Source: Candidatus Iainarchaeum sp.
Lineage (GTDB): Archaea > Iainarchaeota > Iainarchaeia > JAGGVJ01
Reading direction: 5' to 3'
Assembly: GCA_021158055.1 (NCBI GenBank)
Contig: JAGGVJ010000038.1
Location: 1-43,809 of the forward strand
DNA: 43,809 nt
Position numbers and translations under genes: made by a program. This document shows, one piece after another, positions 8,607 through 17,218 of this stretch. The notes under the pieces are model-generated. The model was not told the origin of the DNA. It saw only the letters and a list, made by a program, of their open reading frames with translations, and did not search any database. How positions within the stretch are numbered: position 1 is the stretch's first letter; each line of letters begins with the position of its first letter.

Positions 8607-8781
8607 ATTTGAGATTTGCATGTGTTTTGATGCGGACGCTAAAAGCTTGATTCCGGATATTGCGTGCAGGCAAAAAGAACCATTTTATATCCGAACAATC
8701 TTATCAATCTGATATACTTACCGTTTGATTTGCTGTTGGTTGTGCAGGTAATGTTTATTTTTTGTTGTGTGGTGGTCTGAG

Positions 8782-9336
8782 ATGAAGCCTGGGAGAAAAG
8801 GTCTTGATGACGTTGAAAGAAGAAAACTTGCTTCGTATGCTTCTTCTGGTGTAAAGTCGCAGGAGGCTTTGTTTTGGCCAAGTGTTGACAGGCTGGGCAA
8901 GCTTGGCATAACAAGTGACGCAAGGCTTGAAATGCGCGACATTGTCGGCTTGATTTTCCCTTCTGAAGTGTCTCCGAAATACAATGAGATTGCCGTTTCT
9001 TTCATGGATCTGGTCCTGAAGACCCCTTATAACCTGACCCACGATGACATGGGGCGGTGGCTAAGGGAAAACGGGTTTTCAGAGTCGACTTTTTACAATG
9101 TCGTAAGGTTGCGTTTGAGGCGCGCCGGTTTAATCAAAATTTCAAGGCTTGGCCAGACAGTGAAGACTTCCAAGACAAAATACAGTAAAAGCGTGGTAAG
9201 CTTGAGCGAGAGTTTCGGGCGCATTGCTGAGAGAGTCGGAAGCGAGTATACAAGCATCGTGGCAAAGGCCCGCAAGGACTACACAGGAAGAAACCCCAAG
9301 TTGTTTTCTGATGAAAACAAAGTGGAAGATAATTAA
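8782..9336 (+). CDS. Hypothetical protein with probable winged-HTH
   Basis: GFSESTFYNVVRLRLRRAGLIKI helix-wing pattern. Probable ATG at 8782. Confidence 0.65.
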   Translation: MKPGRKGLDDVERRKLASYASSGVKSQEALFWPSVDRLGKLGITSDARLEMRDIVGLIFPSEVSPKYNEIAVSFMDLVLKTPYNLTHDDMGRWLRENGFSESTFYNVVRLRLRRAGLIKISRLGQTVKTSKTKYSKSVVSLSESFGRIAERVGSEYTSIVAKARKDYTGRNPKLFSDENKVEDN

Positions 9337-9395
9337 AAAAGAGTTATAATTTATAATCTAAGGTTATACAAAGCGCAAAGGGAGAAATTGATGCA

Positions 9396-9740
9396 ATGGT
9401 GTTTGACAGCAAGGGTCTGAACCACATAAGAAAAAGGCGAAACGGTTACATAGATTACGAAAAGTACCCGCATCCTAACAAGTGGATGAAAATCATTGAC
9501 AAAATTGTGATTTTTAGTGGTTTTGCGGGTTTTTTGATTACCCTGCCGCAAATAACACGCATCTGGATTGACAATGTAACCGCGGGTGTGTCGCTTGTTT
9601 CCTGGATGGGTTATTTTGTGATTGCGGTTACCTGGATAATTTACGGGCTGGTGCACAAGGAAAAGTCAATTATAATCACAAATGTGTTGTGGGTTTTGGC
9701 CCACACCATGATAATTGTGGGACTTTTGATTTACGGGTAA
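9396..9740 (+). CDS. SemiSWEET/PQ-loop family transporter
   Basis: Three TM helices with TLPQITRIW and AGVSLVSW motifs, and IIITN. Confidence 0.8.
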   Translation: MVFDSKGLNHIRKRRNGYIDYEKYPHPNKWMKIIDKIVIFSGFAGFLITLPQITRIWIDNVTAGVSLVSWMGYFVIAVTWIIYGLVHKEKSIIITNVLWVLAHTMIIVGLLIYG

Positions 9741-12636
9741 GGTTGCAGGCGCCTATTTCTTTCATGTGCTCTATTCTTTTCTGCAGCAGCTTTGGTGTGC
9801 CGATGTCGCTTCTGTAACGCACGTTTCCCTTGACTTTCATGCATGCTTTTTCTGCTTTTTCCTGCGCCTCGTCTATGGTGTCTGCAACTGCGACGATTCC
9901 AAGCGCTCTTGAAGAGCTCATGAACAGTTTTCCCTGTTGTTGGTTTACTGACGCAAAGTAAATATTGACTCCTTCCTGCGCCTCGTCCTCTATGCTTCTT
10001 ATGTCAACTTCGTCACCGCTTGACGGGTTGTCCGGATATCCTTTCGGAACAAGGTATTTGCATACTGTTGCCTTGTCGGAGAATTTTACGTCAATGTCTT
10101 TCAGTTTTGTTGCGGTTATTGCGCGGCAGATTTCAACAAGGTCTGTTTCAAGCAGTGTTAGCGCGTTTATTGCTTCGGGGTCGCCGAGCCGCGCGTTGTA
10201 TTCAATGAGCTTGACTCCGTTTTTTGTTGCTATGAACCCGCCGTACATTATTCCTTTGTATTTTTGCTTTGTTTCAGCCAGTATTGCCTTGTTGACTTCA
10301 ATGGTGATGTCGTGTGCCTGCCTGATGTGGCTTTTGGTTATGAACGGAAGGCCTTTGCATGCTCCGTTGTATGACCCCATACCTCCGGTATTCGGTCCTG
10401 TGTCGTCTTCAAATGCTCTTTTGTGATCCTGTATTGGCGGCATGTCAATCACTGTTTCACCGTCAACAAAGGACTGCAGGCTGAATTCTTCCCCTGCAAG
10501 CTTTTCTTCAATTACTGCCTTGTTTCCCTGCGCAAATATTTCTTTGCAGTAATCAATCCCGTCCTGAACGGTCTGCAGGTGTTCTCCCTGCACTTTTACT
10601 CCTTTGCCTCCTGTAAGGCCGTCTGGCTTGACAACAAATCCTGTGTCCTGAAGTGATTCCAGGAATTCTTCAAGTCCTTGCGTTGAGGAGAATATTTCAA
10701 ATTTGGGGTTTCCGAAGATGTTGTGTTTTTTCAAAAGCAGTCTTGTAAACGATTTGCTTGTTTCAAGTTTTCCGAGTTCTTTTTTCGGCCCTACTGACGG
10801 GATCCCCATTTTTTCAAGCTCGTCTGCAACACCTGCTGAAATGGGCAGCTCTGGTCCGATGAACGCAAATTCGGGTTTTGTTTGTTTTGCAAATTCAACT
10901 ATCGCGGAAACGTCATCCAATGCGCCGATTTTTATCTGCTCGGACAATCCTGCAATTCCCGGGTTCATTGCGTTCATGAATGCGTAGATTTTGGGTTTTG
11001 ACACGCTTTTTTTCAGGGTTTCTGCTATGATGTGTTCTCTCGCGCTGTTTCCGATGACAAGGATTTTGGGGTGTTTTCCCGCATTTTGCGCTTGTGTCGC
11101 GTGGTCTGCAGCGGTTTCACCTTCAGTTGCGGTGGTTTTACCTTCAAGGCCTTCGGTTATTGCTGTGTGGGGGCTGTTGTTTGAGTTGATTTCTTCTGTT
11201 CTTTTTTTTGCTATCTCTTCAAGGGTTGTTTGTTTCATTTTTATCGGGTAGTTGCCGTCCAAACACGCGGTGCACAGGTTTTCACAGCCGATTGCTTTTT
11301 TCAGCCCCTCGATTGTCTGGTAGGTTACGGTGTCTGCACCGATTTCCTGTGCTATTTCGGCTTCGGTTTTGTTGTTTGCTATGAGCTCGTCTTTTGTGGG
11401 CATGTCTATCCCGTAAATGCACGGGTACATGATCTTGGGGCATGTTGAGATCATGTGAACGCTTTTCGCGTCGGATTTTTTGAGTTTTGCAATGAGTTTT
11501 GCGCTTGTTGTGCCGCGCACTATGCTGTCATCAATTATGGCTATTTTTTTCCCTGTCACTTCGTGTTTTAAGGTGTTTATCTTGAGGTTTGCCGCGTCTT
11601 CTCTTTCGCTTTGGGTGGGCATTATGAATGTTCTTCCGATATACCTGTTTTTTATTAATCCTTCCCTGTAAGGCACTTTTATCTTTTCCGAGAATGCAAG
11701 GGCTGCGGTCCGCGAGGTGTCCGGGGCGGCTATGACCACGTCAACTTCTATGTTTTTTTTGTCTTGTTTTTTTGCCCATTCATGCACAATTTCTTCACCG
11801 AGTCTTTGCCTTGTTTTGTAAACGCTTTTTCCGTTGAGGTCTGAGTCAGGGCGGGCAAAGTATACATATTCAAACATGCAGTGAGAGTAAGTGTCTTCAA
11901 CAAGTTTTTTTCTGCAGATCCCTGTCTCGCGGTCTATAATGACAATTTCTCCTGGCTGCACGTCATCAACAAGCTCAAAATCCAATGCATCGCAGGCAAC
12001 TGTTTCTGAGGCGATCAGATAACTTTTCCCTGTTGGCTCTTTTTTTTCTCCTATTACAAGGGGTTTGATTCCTTTGGGGTCGCGGAATGCAATGAGTCCT
12101 ATTCCTTTGATTATCCCCACTATTGAGTAACTTCCAATCGCTTTTTCCATGAATTTCCGGGTTGCGGCAATAACATCTTGTTTTGTGGGCTTTTCCCTGT
12201 TGTTGACATGCATCTCATGCTTTAAAAGGAGTGAAAAGACCTGCATCAGGCCTTCAAGGTCGCACTGTGAACTGAGTGAAATGTTTTTGTCCCACAGCCA
12301 TTTTTTAAGTTCTTCGTAGTTTATGGTGTTTCCGTTGCTTGCCATTGCAATTTCTATTGGAAGAGATGTAAAAAACGGTTGCGCGTTTTTGCGTGTGCAT
12401 GCCCCGGCTGTTGTGTATCTTACATGCCCTATGCCGATGTTGCCCTGAAGTTTCGAAAGATTGTGGTCTTTGAAAGTTTGGGTCACAAGACCTTTCTTTT
12501 TTCTTATTCTGATTTTCCCGTCAAAAAGAGTCGCGATCCCAACTGAATCCTGGCCGCGGTGCTGCAGAGAAAGCAGTGACTGATAAATTTTTTTAGATGT
12601 GTTTTCATTAGAAAGTATTCCAACTATCCCACACAT
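9676..12636 (-). CDS. purF-purD: Fused amidophosphoribosyltransferase / phosphoribosylamine-glycine ligase
   Basis: PurF part: MCGIVG, LQHRGQD, GHVRYTT, CMFEYVYFARPDS, DDSIVRGTT, CTAC. After a ~40-aa linker, PurD part: GNSAREH, IGPELP, LETSKSF, KPDGLTGGKGV, QDHKR, GPNTGGMG, EYNARLGDPE. One uninterrupted 986-aa ORF. Confidence 0.95.
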   Translation of the reverse strand: MCGIVGILSNENTSKKIYQSLLSLQHRGQDSVGIATLFDGKIRIRKKKGLVTQTFKDHNLSKLQGNIGIGHVRYTTAGACTRKNAQPFFTSLPIEIAMASNGNTINYEELKKWLWDKNISLSSQCDLEGLMQVFSLLLKHEMHVNNREKPTKQDVIAATRKFMEKAIGSYSIVGIIKGIGLIAFRDPKGIKPLVIGEKKEPTGKSYLIASETVACDALDFELVDDVQPGEIVIIDRETGICRKKLVEDTYSHCMFEYVYFARPDSDLNGKSVYKTRQRLGEEIVHEWAKKQDKKNIEVDVVIAAPDTSRTAALAFSEKIKVPYREGLIKNRYIGRTFIMPTQSEREDAANLKINTLKHEVTGKKIAIIDDSIVRGTTSAKLIAKLKKSDAKSVHMISTCPKIMYPCIYGIDMPTKDELIANNKTEAEIAQEIGADTVTYQTIEGLKKAIGCENLCTACLDGNYPIKMKQTTLEEIAKKRTEEINSNNSPHTAITEGLEGKTTATEGETAADHATQAQNAGKHPKILVIGNSAREHIIAETLKKSVSKPKIYAFMNAMNPGIAGLSEQIKIGALDDVSAIVEFAKQTKPEFAFIGPELPISAGVADELEKMGIPSVGPKKELGKLETSKSFTRLLLKKHNIFGNPKFEIFSSTQGLEEFLESLQDTGFVVKPDGLTGGKGVKVQGEHLQTVQDGIDYCKEIFAQGNKAVIEEKLAGEEFSLQSFVDGETVIDMPPIQDHKRAFEDDTGPNTGGMGSYNGACKGLPFITKSHIRQAHDITIEVNKAILAETKQKYKGIMYGGFIATKNGVKLIEYNARLGDPEAINALTLLETDLVEICRAITATKLKDIDVKFSDKATVCKYLVPKGYPDNPSSGDEVDIRSIEDEAQEGVNIYFASVNQQQGKLFMSSSRALGIVAVADTIDEAQEKAEKACMKVKGNVRYRSDIGTPKLLQKRIEHMKEIGACNLTRKSKVPQLSWCGPKPTTHL

Positions 12637-12944
12637 ACAAAACCCCCAAAAGCAATCTTACACGTTGTTGCCGCTGTTTTTTGGAACAGTAGCGTTTATT
12701 TTCAATTCAAATACTTCTTGTCTGTTCTTGATTATATTACTGGATTCCAGATTTATATTGGTTTGTTTATTGTGTCCAAACACTCAGACCCCCCGAACTT
12801 CCTGTATTCTCTGCTTGTTTTTTCACTGAATTTTGCAGCTTTTTCAATTCAAAGAACAACGTTTATTTAAAGGTTTTTCCTGTAAAAAACAAAAACCGCA
12901 AACCCAAAGTATGTGCAAAAAAGATGCAATATATGTATATATAA

Positions 12945-13024
12945 ATATGTATAATAATATATATGTATAATAATATATATGTATAATAATATATATGTAT
13001 AATAATATATATGTATAATAATAT
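12945..13024. repeat. AT-rich tandem repeat, 5 x 16 bp
   Basis: ATATGTATAATAATAT in five perfect copies, with a degenerate copy just to the left. No spacers. Confidence 0.95.
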
Positions 13025-13144
13025 AATAAATAAAGTATATATTTTATCATTTTGTATTGATGGCTGTGAAGGATTTTTGTGTTTGCGTGCTGGAATGGAT
13101 ATGGCTGCAAGTAGCTTGTTGATTGAAAAAAGCTTAAAAAGTAG

Positions 13145-13456
13145 TTATTTGCCTATCCTGTGTCTTTTCGGTGGCAGATAAGGGTTTTTTTCTTTGGGCT
13201 TTTCGGCGGGTTCGTTGTTTCCTTTTTCCTGGACTATTATGATGTCTCCTGAGGAGATGACGTTATTGTATAAGATGCTTTTTTCCTTAAGCAGTTTTTC
13301 TGCGTGGGATTTGTTTGTTATCCTTAGCGGTTCAAGGGTTATTCTCTCGATTGTCCCTTCTTCCATGTTCATTATGATATCATGGACTTTGCCGAGGTAT
13401 TTTGCTTGGTCATTGTATATGTCAATGCCCCACAGTTGGGATAGCTTTATGCTCAT
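13145..13456 (-). CDS. PRC-barrel domain protein (archaeal, CdpB-like family)
   Basis: LSQLWGIDIYNDQAKYLGKVHDIIMN..GTI and VISSGDIIIV. Confidence 0.85.
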   Translation of the reverse strand: MSIKLSQLWGIDIYNDQAKYLGKVHDIIMNMEEGTIERITLEPLRITNKSHAEKLLKEKSILYNNVISSGDIIIVQEKGNNEPAEKPKEKNPYLPPKRHRIGK

Positions 13457-13940
13457 TGTATCTTTTCCTTTTTGTTGTTTGTTGTATAATTGAATAATGT
13501 ATAAATCTTGTAATTTATGCTATAAATATCCTTTGTTTTTTGGGGCTCTGTAGAAATTCTTTTAAAACCCAAAATTGTGGGAGAAATGCTGGTTGGGAAG
13601 CTATCGTTTTTGGTTTTTTGAAACATGTTTTCTGTAGATAAAAAAACGCAAACCAGTGTCACTTTAATTTTCATTTATAAAGGATTTTTACAGAGCAGTT
13701 TTTTGGTGTTTATTAACAGTTGTGGGTTGTTTTATAAATTGTTATTGTTTTTATTTATTGGACTTGTTATATGTCTTACTGGTTTGTTTTTGTGCTTTTG
13801 TTGCAATCAGTTGTGATTAATCTGAAATATCTGAAATGGATTAGGGCCCGTGATCTAATAATAGGGGAAGTGAGGGGTGTTGGAGTGGGTGTTTTTAAAA
13901 GAGAATATTTTTTGAGGAATTTTTGAGGAGTGGGTGTTAG

Positions 13941-14645
13941 ATGAAGGAAGTGTCTGTTTCATTGCCTGAGAAAAAAGTGATAATTGTGGGTACGGCGCAC
14001 GTTCTTCCCGAAAGCGTTGAGCTTGTGAAGAAAGTGATAAGGGAGGAAAAGCCGGATGTTGTTGCAGTGGAGCTTGACGAAGTAAGATATGCTTCGATGA
14101 TGTCTGAGAAAAAACCTAAGATTGACAAAAAGCAGCTTTTGAACCCGAAAAATTTTGTTTTTATTTCAGTGCAGTATTTGTTGTCTCTTGTTCAGAAAAA
14201 GCTTGGGGATTCTTTTGGGGTGGAGCCGGGAAGCGAGCTCAAGCAGGCAATAGAGGAAGCGAGGGGGGTTGGAGCAAGGGTGGAGCTGGTTGACCGCGAC
14301 ATCAGGATCACAATGTCAAGGATGATCCAAAAAATGAGCTTTCGTGAAAAGATGCGGTTTGTGTCACAGCTTTTTCTTGGGTTTTTCGGTGTAGGGGGGA
14401 AGGTTGATTTGACAAATCTTTCAGATGAAAAGATTGAGGATGAGCTAATGCCGATATTTAAGAATGATTTTCCAAGCGTTTACACTGTTTTGGTTGAGGA
14501 AAGGGATGAGTACATGGCGCAGGTGATTTTTTCCCTGCTTCCTTCCTGTGAAAAAATGGTTGTGGTTGTGGGGGCAGGGCACAAGAAAGGCCTTGCAAAA
14601 AAACTTTCAGGCCTTGCAGGGTCAGGCAATGCAATTGCAATGTAA
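13941..14645 (+). CDS. TraB/PrgY/GumN family protein
   Basis: VGTAHV, PDVVAVELD, PGSEL, LVDRDIRIT, ERDEYMA and VVGAGH motifs. Confidence 0.93.
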   Translation: MKEVSVSLPEKKVIIVGTAHVLPESVELVKKVIREEKPDVVAVELDEVRYASMMSEKKPKIDKKQLLNPKNFVFISVQYLLSLVQKKLGDSFGVEPGSELKQAIEEARGVGARVELVDRDIRITMSRMIQKMSFREKMRFVSQLFLGFFGVGGKVDLTNLSDEKIEDELMPIFKNDFPSVYTVLVEERDEYMAQVIFSLLPSCEKMVVVVGAGHKKGLAKKLSGLAGSGNAIAM

Positions 14646-14794
14646 TACTTGCAATGCATTCTTGTGCGTTTGCGAACATTTTTTATTTGGGCTTTGATTT
14701 ATAAGTATATAGTAAGTTGTGTATGTAATAATTTGTATTGGCTGTTAACAGTGCCTTTGCAGCAGTTTGATAATGTTTATTGGGGGATATATTG

Positions 14795-15064
14795 ATGGGG
14801 GTTGAAGTGGTGGAGGTCCTGTTTAAAAAAAAACCGGCGATGTCGCTTATTTTTTTAAAGGATAAAAAGCAGGAGTGGTACGCTTCAAAACTTGCAAAGA
14901 GAGTTGACTGCACTTATCCCCACATGGTGAATGTGCTGAAAAGGTTTGAAAAGAGCGGTTTTGTTAATTTTAACCAGGACGGCCGAAAGAAGTTGATTGT
15001 CCTGACCGAGAAAGGCCATGAAATAGCTGGATTGCTGCAGCGTATCTCTGGAAAAATGAATTGA
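14795..15064 (+). CDS. MarR-like winged-HTH regulator
   Basis: YASKLAKRVDCTYPHMVNVL...GRKKLIVLTEKG. Confidence 0.85.
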   Translation: MGVEVVEVLFKKKPAMSLIFLKDKKQEWYASKLAKRVDCTYPHMVNVLKRFEKSGFVNFNQDGRKKLIVLTEKGHEIAGLLQRISGKMN

Positions 15065-15185
15065 TTTCTGAAAAAACCGTTATCATGCATTTGGAAATAC
15101 TTTTTTTCTGCAAAGAAACTTATTTAAACTCCCCGTGACAATATTTCTTTGGGGAAATAAGTTATCAAATTCAGGGGGGAATCAA

Positions 15186-15362
15186 ATGTTGTTTTGTCCG
15201 CAGTGCGCAAGCAAGGCTATTAAAAAATCTTCGTATCCTTATCACAGGAATAGCAAAAGTGAAAGTCATTTTTATTGCAGCAAGTGCGGTTATTTTGGTT
15301 CTGTTGCTATTGAGAGCCACAAAACCGCGTTTCAGGCCAGGTGTGCGGGTGGGGGAATTTGA
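15186..15362 (+). CDS. Small zinc-ribbon protein
   Basis: CPQC...CSKCGY, with a G-rich SD before ATG 15186. Confidence 0.7.
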   Translation: MLFCPQCASKAIKKSSYPYHRNSKSESHFYCSKCGYFGSVAIESHKTAFQARCAGGGI

Positions 15363-15589
15363 AGACTTACCTGATTGTCTGGTTCAGCAGCGAGGGCGTA
15401 ATCCCGTCAGAGGTTAATTCCCGTTTGCTTTCTATGGGGTTTGAGGCTGTCCGCGGGAATTATGATTTTGTCTATAATTGGGGGCGCCGTGCGGATTTGA
15501 ATCAGGTTTTGGCTATCGGAGACAAGGTCAACGCAACGTTGAAGGGCACCAAGGTGCTTTATAAGATTGAGACAATTCCCAGCGATTAG
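15359..15589 (+). CDS. Conserved archaeal hypothetical protein
   Basis: The TTG start overlaps the upstream TGA. KTYLIVWFSSEG..PSEV...GNYDFVYNW is a pattern I recall from small euryarchaeal proteins. Confidence 0.7.
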   Translation: MKTYLIVWFSSEGVIPSEVNSRLLSMGFEAVRGNYDFVYNWGRRADLNQVLAIGDKVNATLKGTKVLYKIETIPSD

Positions 15590-15654
15590 TTTTTGGATTG
15601 TGTTGATTGATTTTTTTAGTCAGGGCTTTTTTTGATATTTATTTGTCGCAGGTG

Positions 15655-16308
15655 ATGTGTTTGAAAAGATTTTTTTTTGCAATGGCAGCCGTTGTCTTTG
15701 TATTCTCTTTTGCGTTTTCAGCAGCAGAAATCTCAGATAAAAACGGTGACCTGATAAAAGGGGGGGACCTGAAGTCAAAAACCATTGAAGAGGTTGCAGA
15801 TATTTACGGAATTGATGCAGGGGGGTATTCTGACCAGTTATCCCGATATGTGGGACTTAGTCTGAACCCAAAGGATTCCTTTCAGCTTTTGCATGATAAT
15901 TACGGGCTGGAGCCAAGTGTTGCAAAAGATATTGCCTTGTCGCTCAAACTGGACAGTTCACTGATTTTGCCTGAAAGCAATGATGTTTCAAAAGGCAGGC
16001 CGTATTATCTTTTGCCTGTTTCGTTGTTTTTGGTTTTTTTGTATGCGGCAGGATATGCTCTTTCTAAAAAAGGAGTTATAAGTGTTGTTGCTCACCGAAA
16101 AGTGTGGAATTTTGTGTTGCTTGTCACGTTTTTGGTTTCCGGGGTGCTGGGGATTTTACTGATTTTAAGAATCAGTTTTGGTTTTGTCATTCCTTTGCCG
16201 TTTAATATTCTGTTTTGGCATGTGGAGGCAGGAATAGCAATGTTTGTGATTTCAGTGTTTCACGTGTTGTGGCATTTGAGTTATTTCAGGAACATGCTTA
16301 AGTTTTAG
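15655..16308 (+). CDS. Membrane protein with DUF4405/cytochrome b-like His-containing domain
   Basis: Signal-like N-terminus, soluble helical domain and three TM helices with HRKVWN, LFWHVEAG and FHVLWH. Confidence 0.75.
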   Translation: MCLKRFFFAMAAVVFVFSFAFSAAEISDKNGDLIKGGDLKSKTIEEVADIYGIDAGGYSDQLSRYVGLSLNPKDSFQLLHDNYGLEPSVAKDIALSLKLDSSLILPESNDVSKGRPYYLLPVSLFLVFLYAAGYALSKKGVISVVAHRKVWNFVLLVTFLVSGVLGILLILRISFGFVIPLPFNILFWHVEAGIAMFVISVFHVLWHLSYFRNMLKF

Positions 16309-16340
16309 CAGATATAAGTTTGATCTTTTAGTCAGTAAAT

Positions 16341-16781
16341 TTAATATATGTAAAAATAGTATGATTCCTGGTCTGTTGCCACAAACAGCACATCTCTTGT
16401 TTTTAGTTTTCCGGTCCCCATGAAACTTGTTTCCTGGTTTTTCCTGAGTATGTTCAGTTCGGGTCCGCCGTTGATATTGTTTAACTGGACGATCTGGCCT
16501 GATTTTTTTGCCAGGAAGATCTTCAGGGCCGTGAGGTCAACCCTGCCTGTGTTTTCCACGGTTATTCTTACGTTGTCTCCTGATTCTACGTTTCCGCCGA
16601 ATTCGTCTGAGAGCTTCAGGTTTGCGTCGAGTTTTTCTTCAAGTTTTGTCATGCTTGTTTTGGTTTGTTCAAAGTCGGTTATTGTCTGGTTTACTGTGTA
16701 GTTTGTTATCATGGTGATCATCATTCCGAATATCATGACTGAGAATACGAGTGTGAACGCCTGATGTATCCCTCTTTTCAT
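16341..16781 (-). CDS. Archaeal type IV pilin-like protein
   Basis: Class III signal-like MKRG|IHQAF plus a hydrophobic helix, and the VENTGRVDL motif. Confidence 0.7.
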   Translation of the reverse strand: MKRGIHQAFTLVFSVMIFGMMITMITNYTVNQTITDFEQTKTSMTKLEEKLDANLKLSDEFGGNVESGDNVRITVENTGRVDLTALKIFLAKKSGQIVQLNNINGGPELNILRKNQETSFMGTGKLKTRDVLFVATDQESYYFYIY

Positions 16782-17218
16782 TGTGTCACCGTGGTTATGT
16801 ATAGTCCTTGCTTGCTGGTTATTATAATCTTGTCCCCTTCGTTTGTCGCTCCAAGGACCATTGTGGTGTTTTGGTCCGGGGGCAGGCTGGTTCTTTGAAG
16901 GGCCAGTTCTTCTATGGTGCCGTTTTCATCCATGTGGTGGGCGGTTATGTTTGTTGCGTCTTTTGATCCCTGGTTTGATATGAACGCGATTGAGTCGCCT
17001 TGATTTATTTCGCTTCCGTTTTCATCCATTACCGCGAGCATGGAGTCGTTTAACACATTTTTTCTTTCCAGATTTTTGATTGCTTCGTTTTCAAACCCGC
17101 TTATTGATTTTTTTTTGATCTGTGTCATGCTTGAGGCTGTGAACAGGAGAATTGACGTGATGCATATTATGAAGAGTATGTTTGAAAATCCTCTTGAGAT
17201 TTGTTTCATGTGGCTCAC
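16778..17218 (-). CDS. Archaeal type IV pilin-like protein
   Basis: ISRG|FSNILF plus a hydrophobic helix, ISNQGSKDA and LPPDQ...GDKIIITS. 4-bp overlaps with both neighbours. Confidence 0.7.
   Translation of the reverse strand: MSHMKQISRGFSNILFIICITSILLFTASSMTQIKKKSISGFENEAIKNLERKNVLNDSMLAVMDENGSEINQGDSIAFISNQGSKDATNITAHHMDENGTIEELALQRTSLPPDQNTTMVLGATNEGDKIIITSKQGLYITTVTQ

Noticed and set aside
12945-13024. CRISPR array
   Set aside because: The units are contiguous 16-mers with no spacers, and no cas genes are in the window.
12844-13110. Tyr/Ile-rich 88-aa ORF
   Set aside because: It is a translation of the AT tandem repeat.
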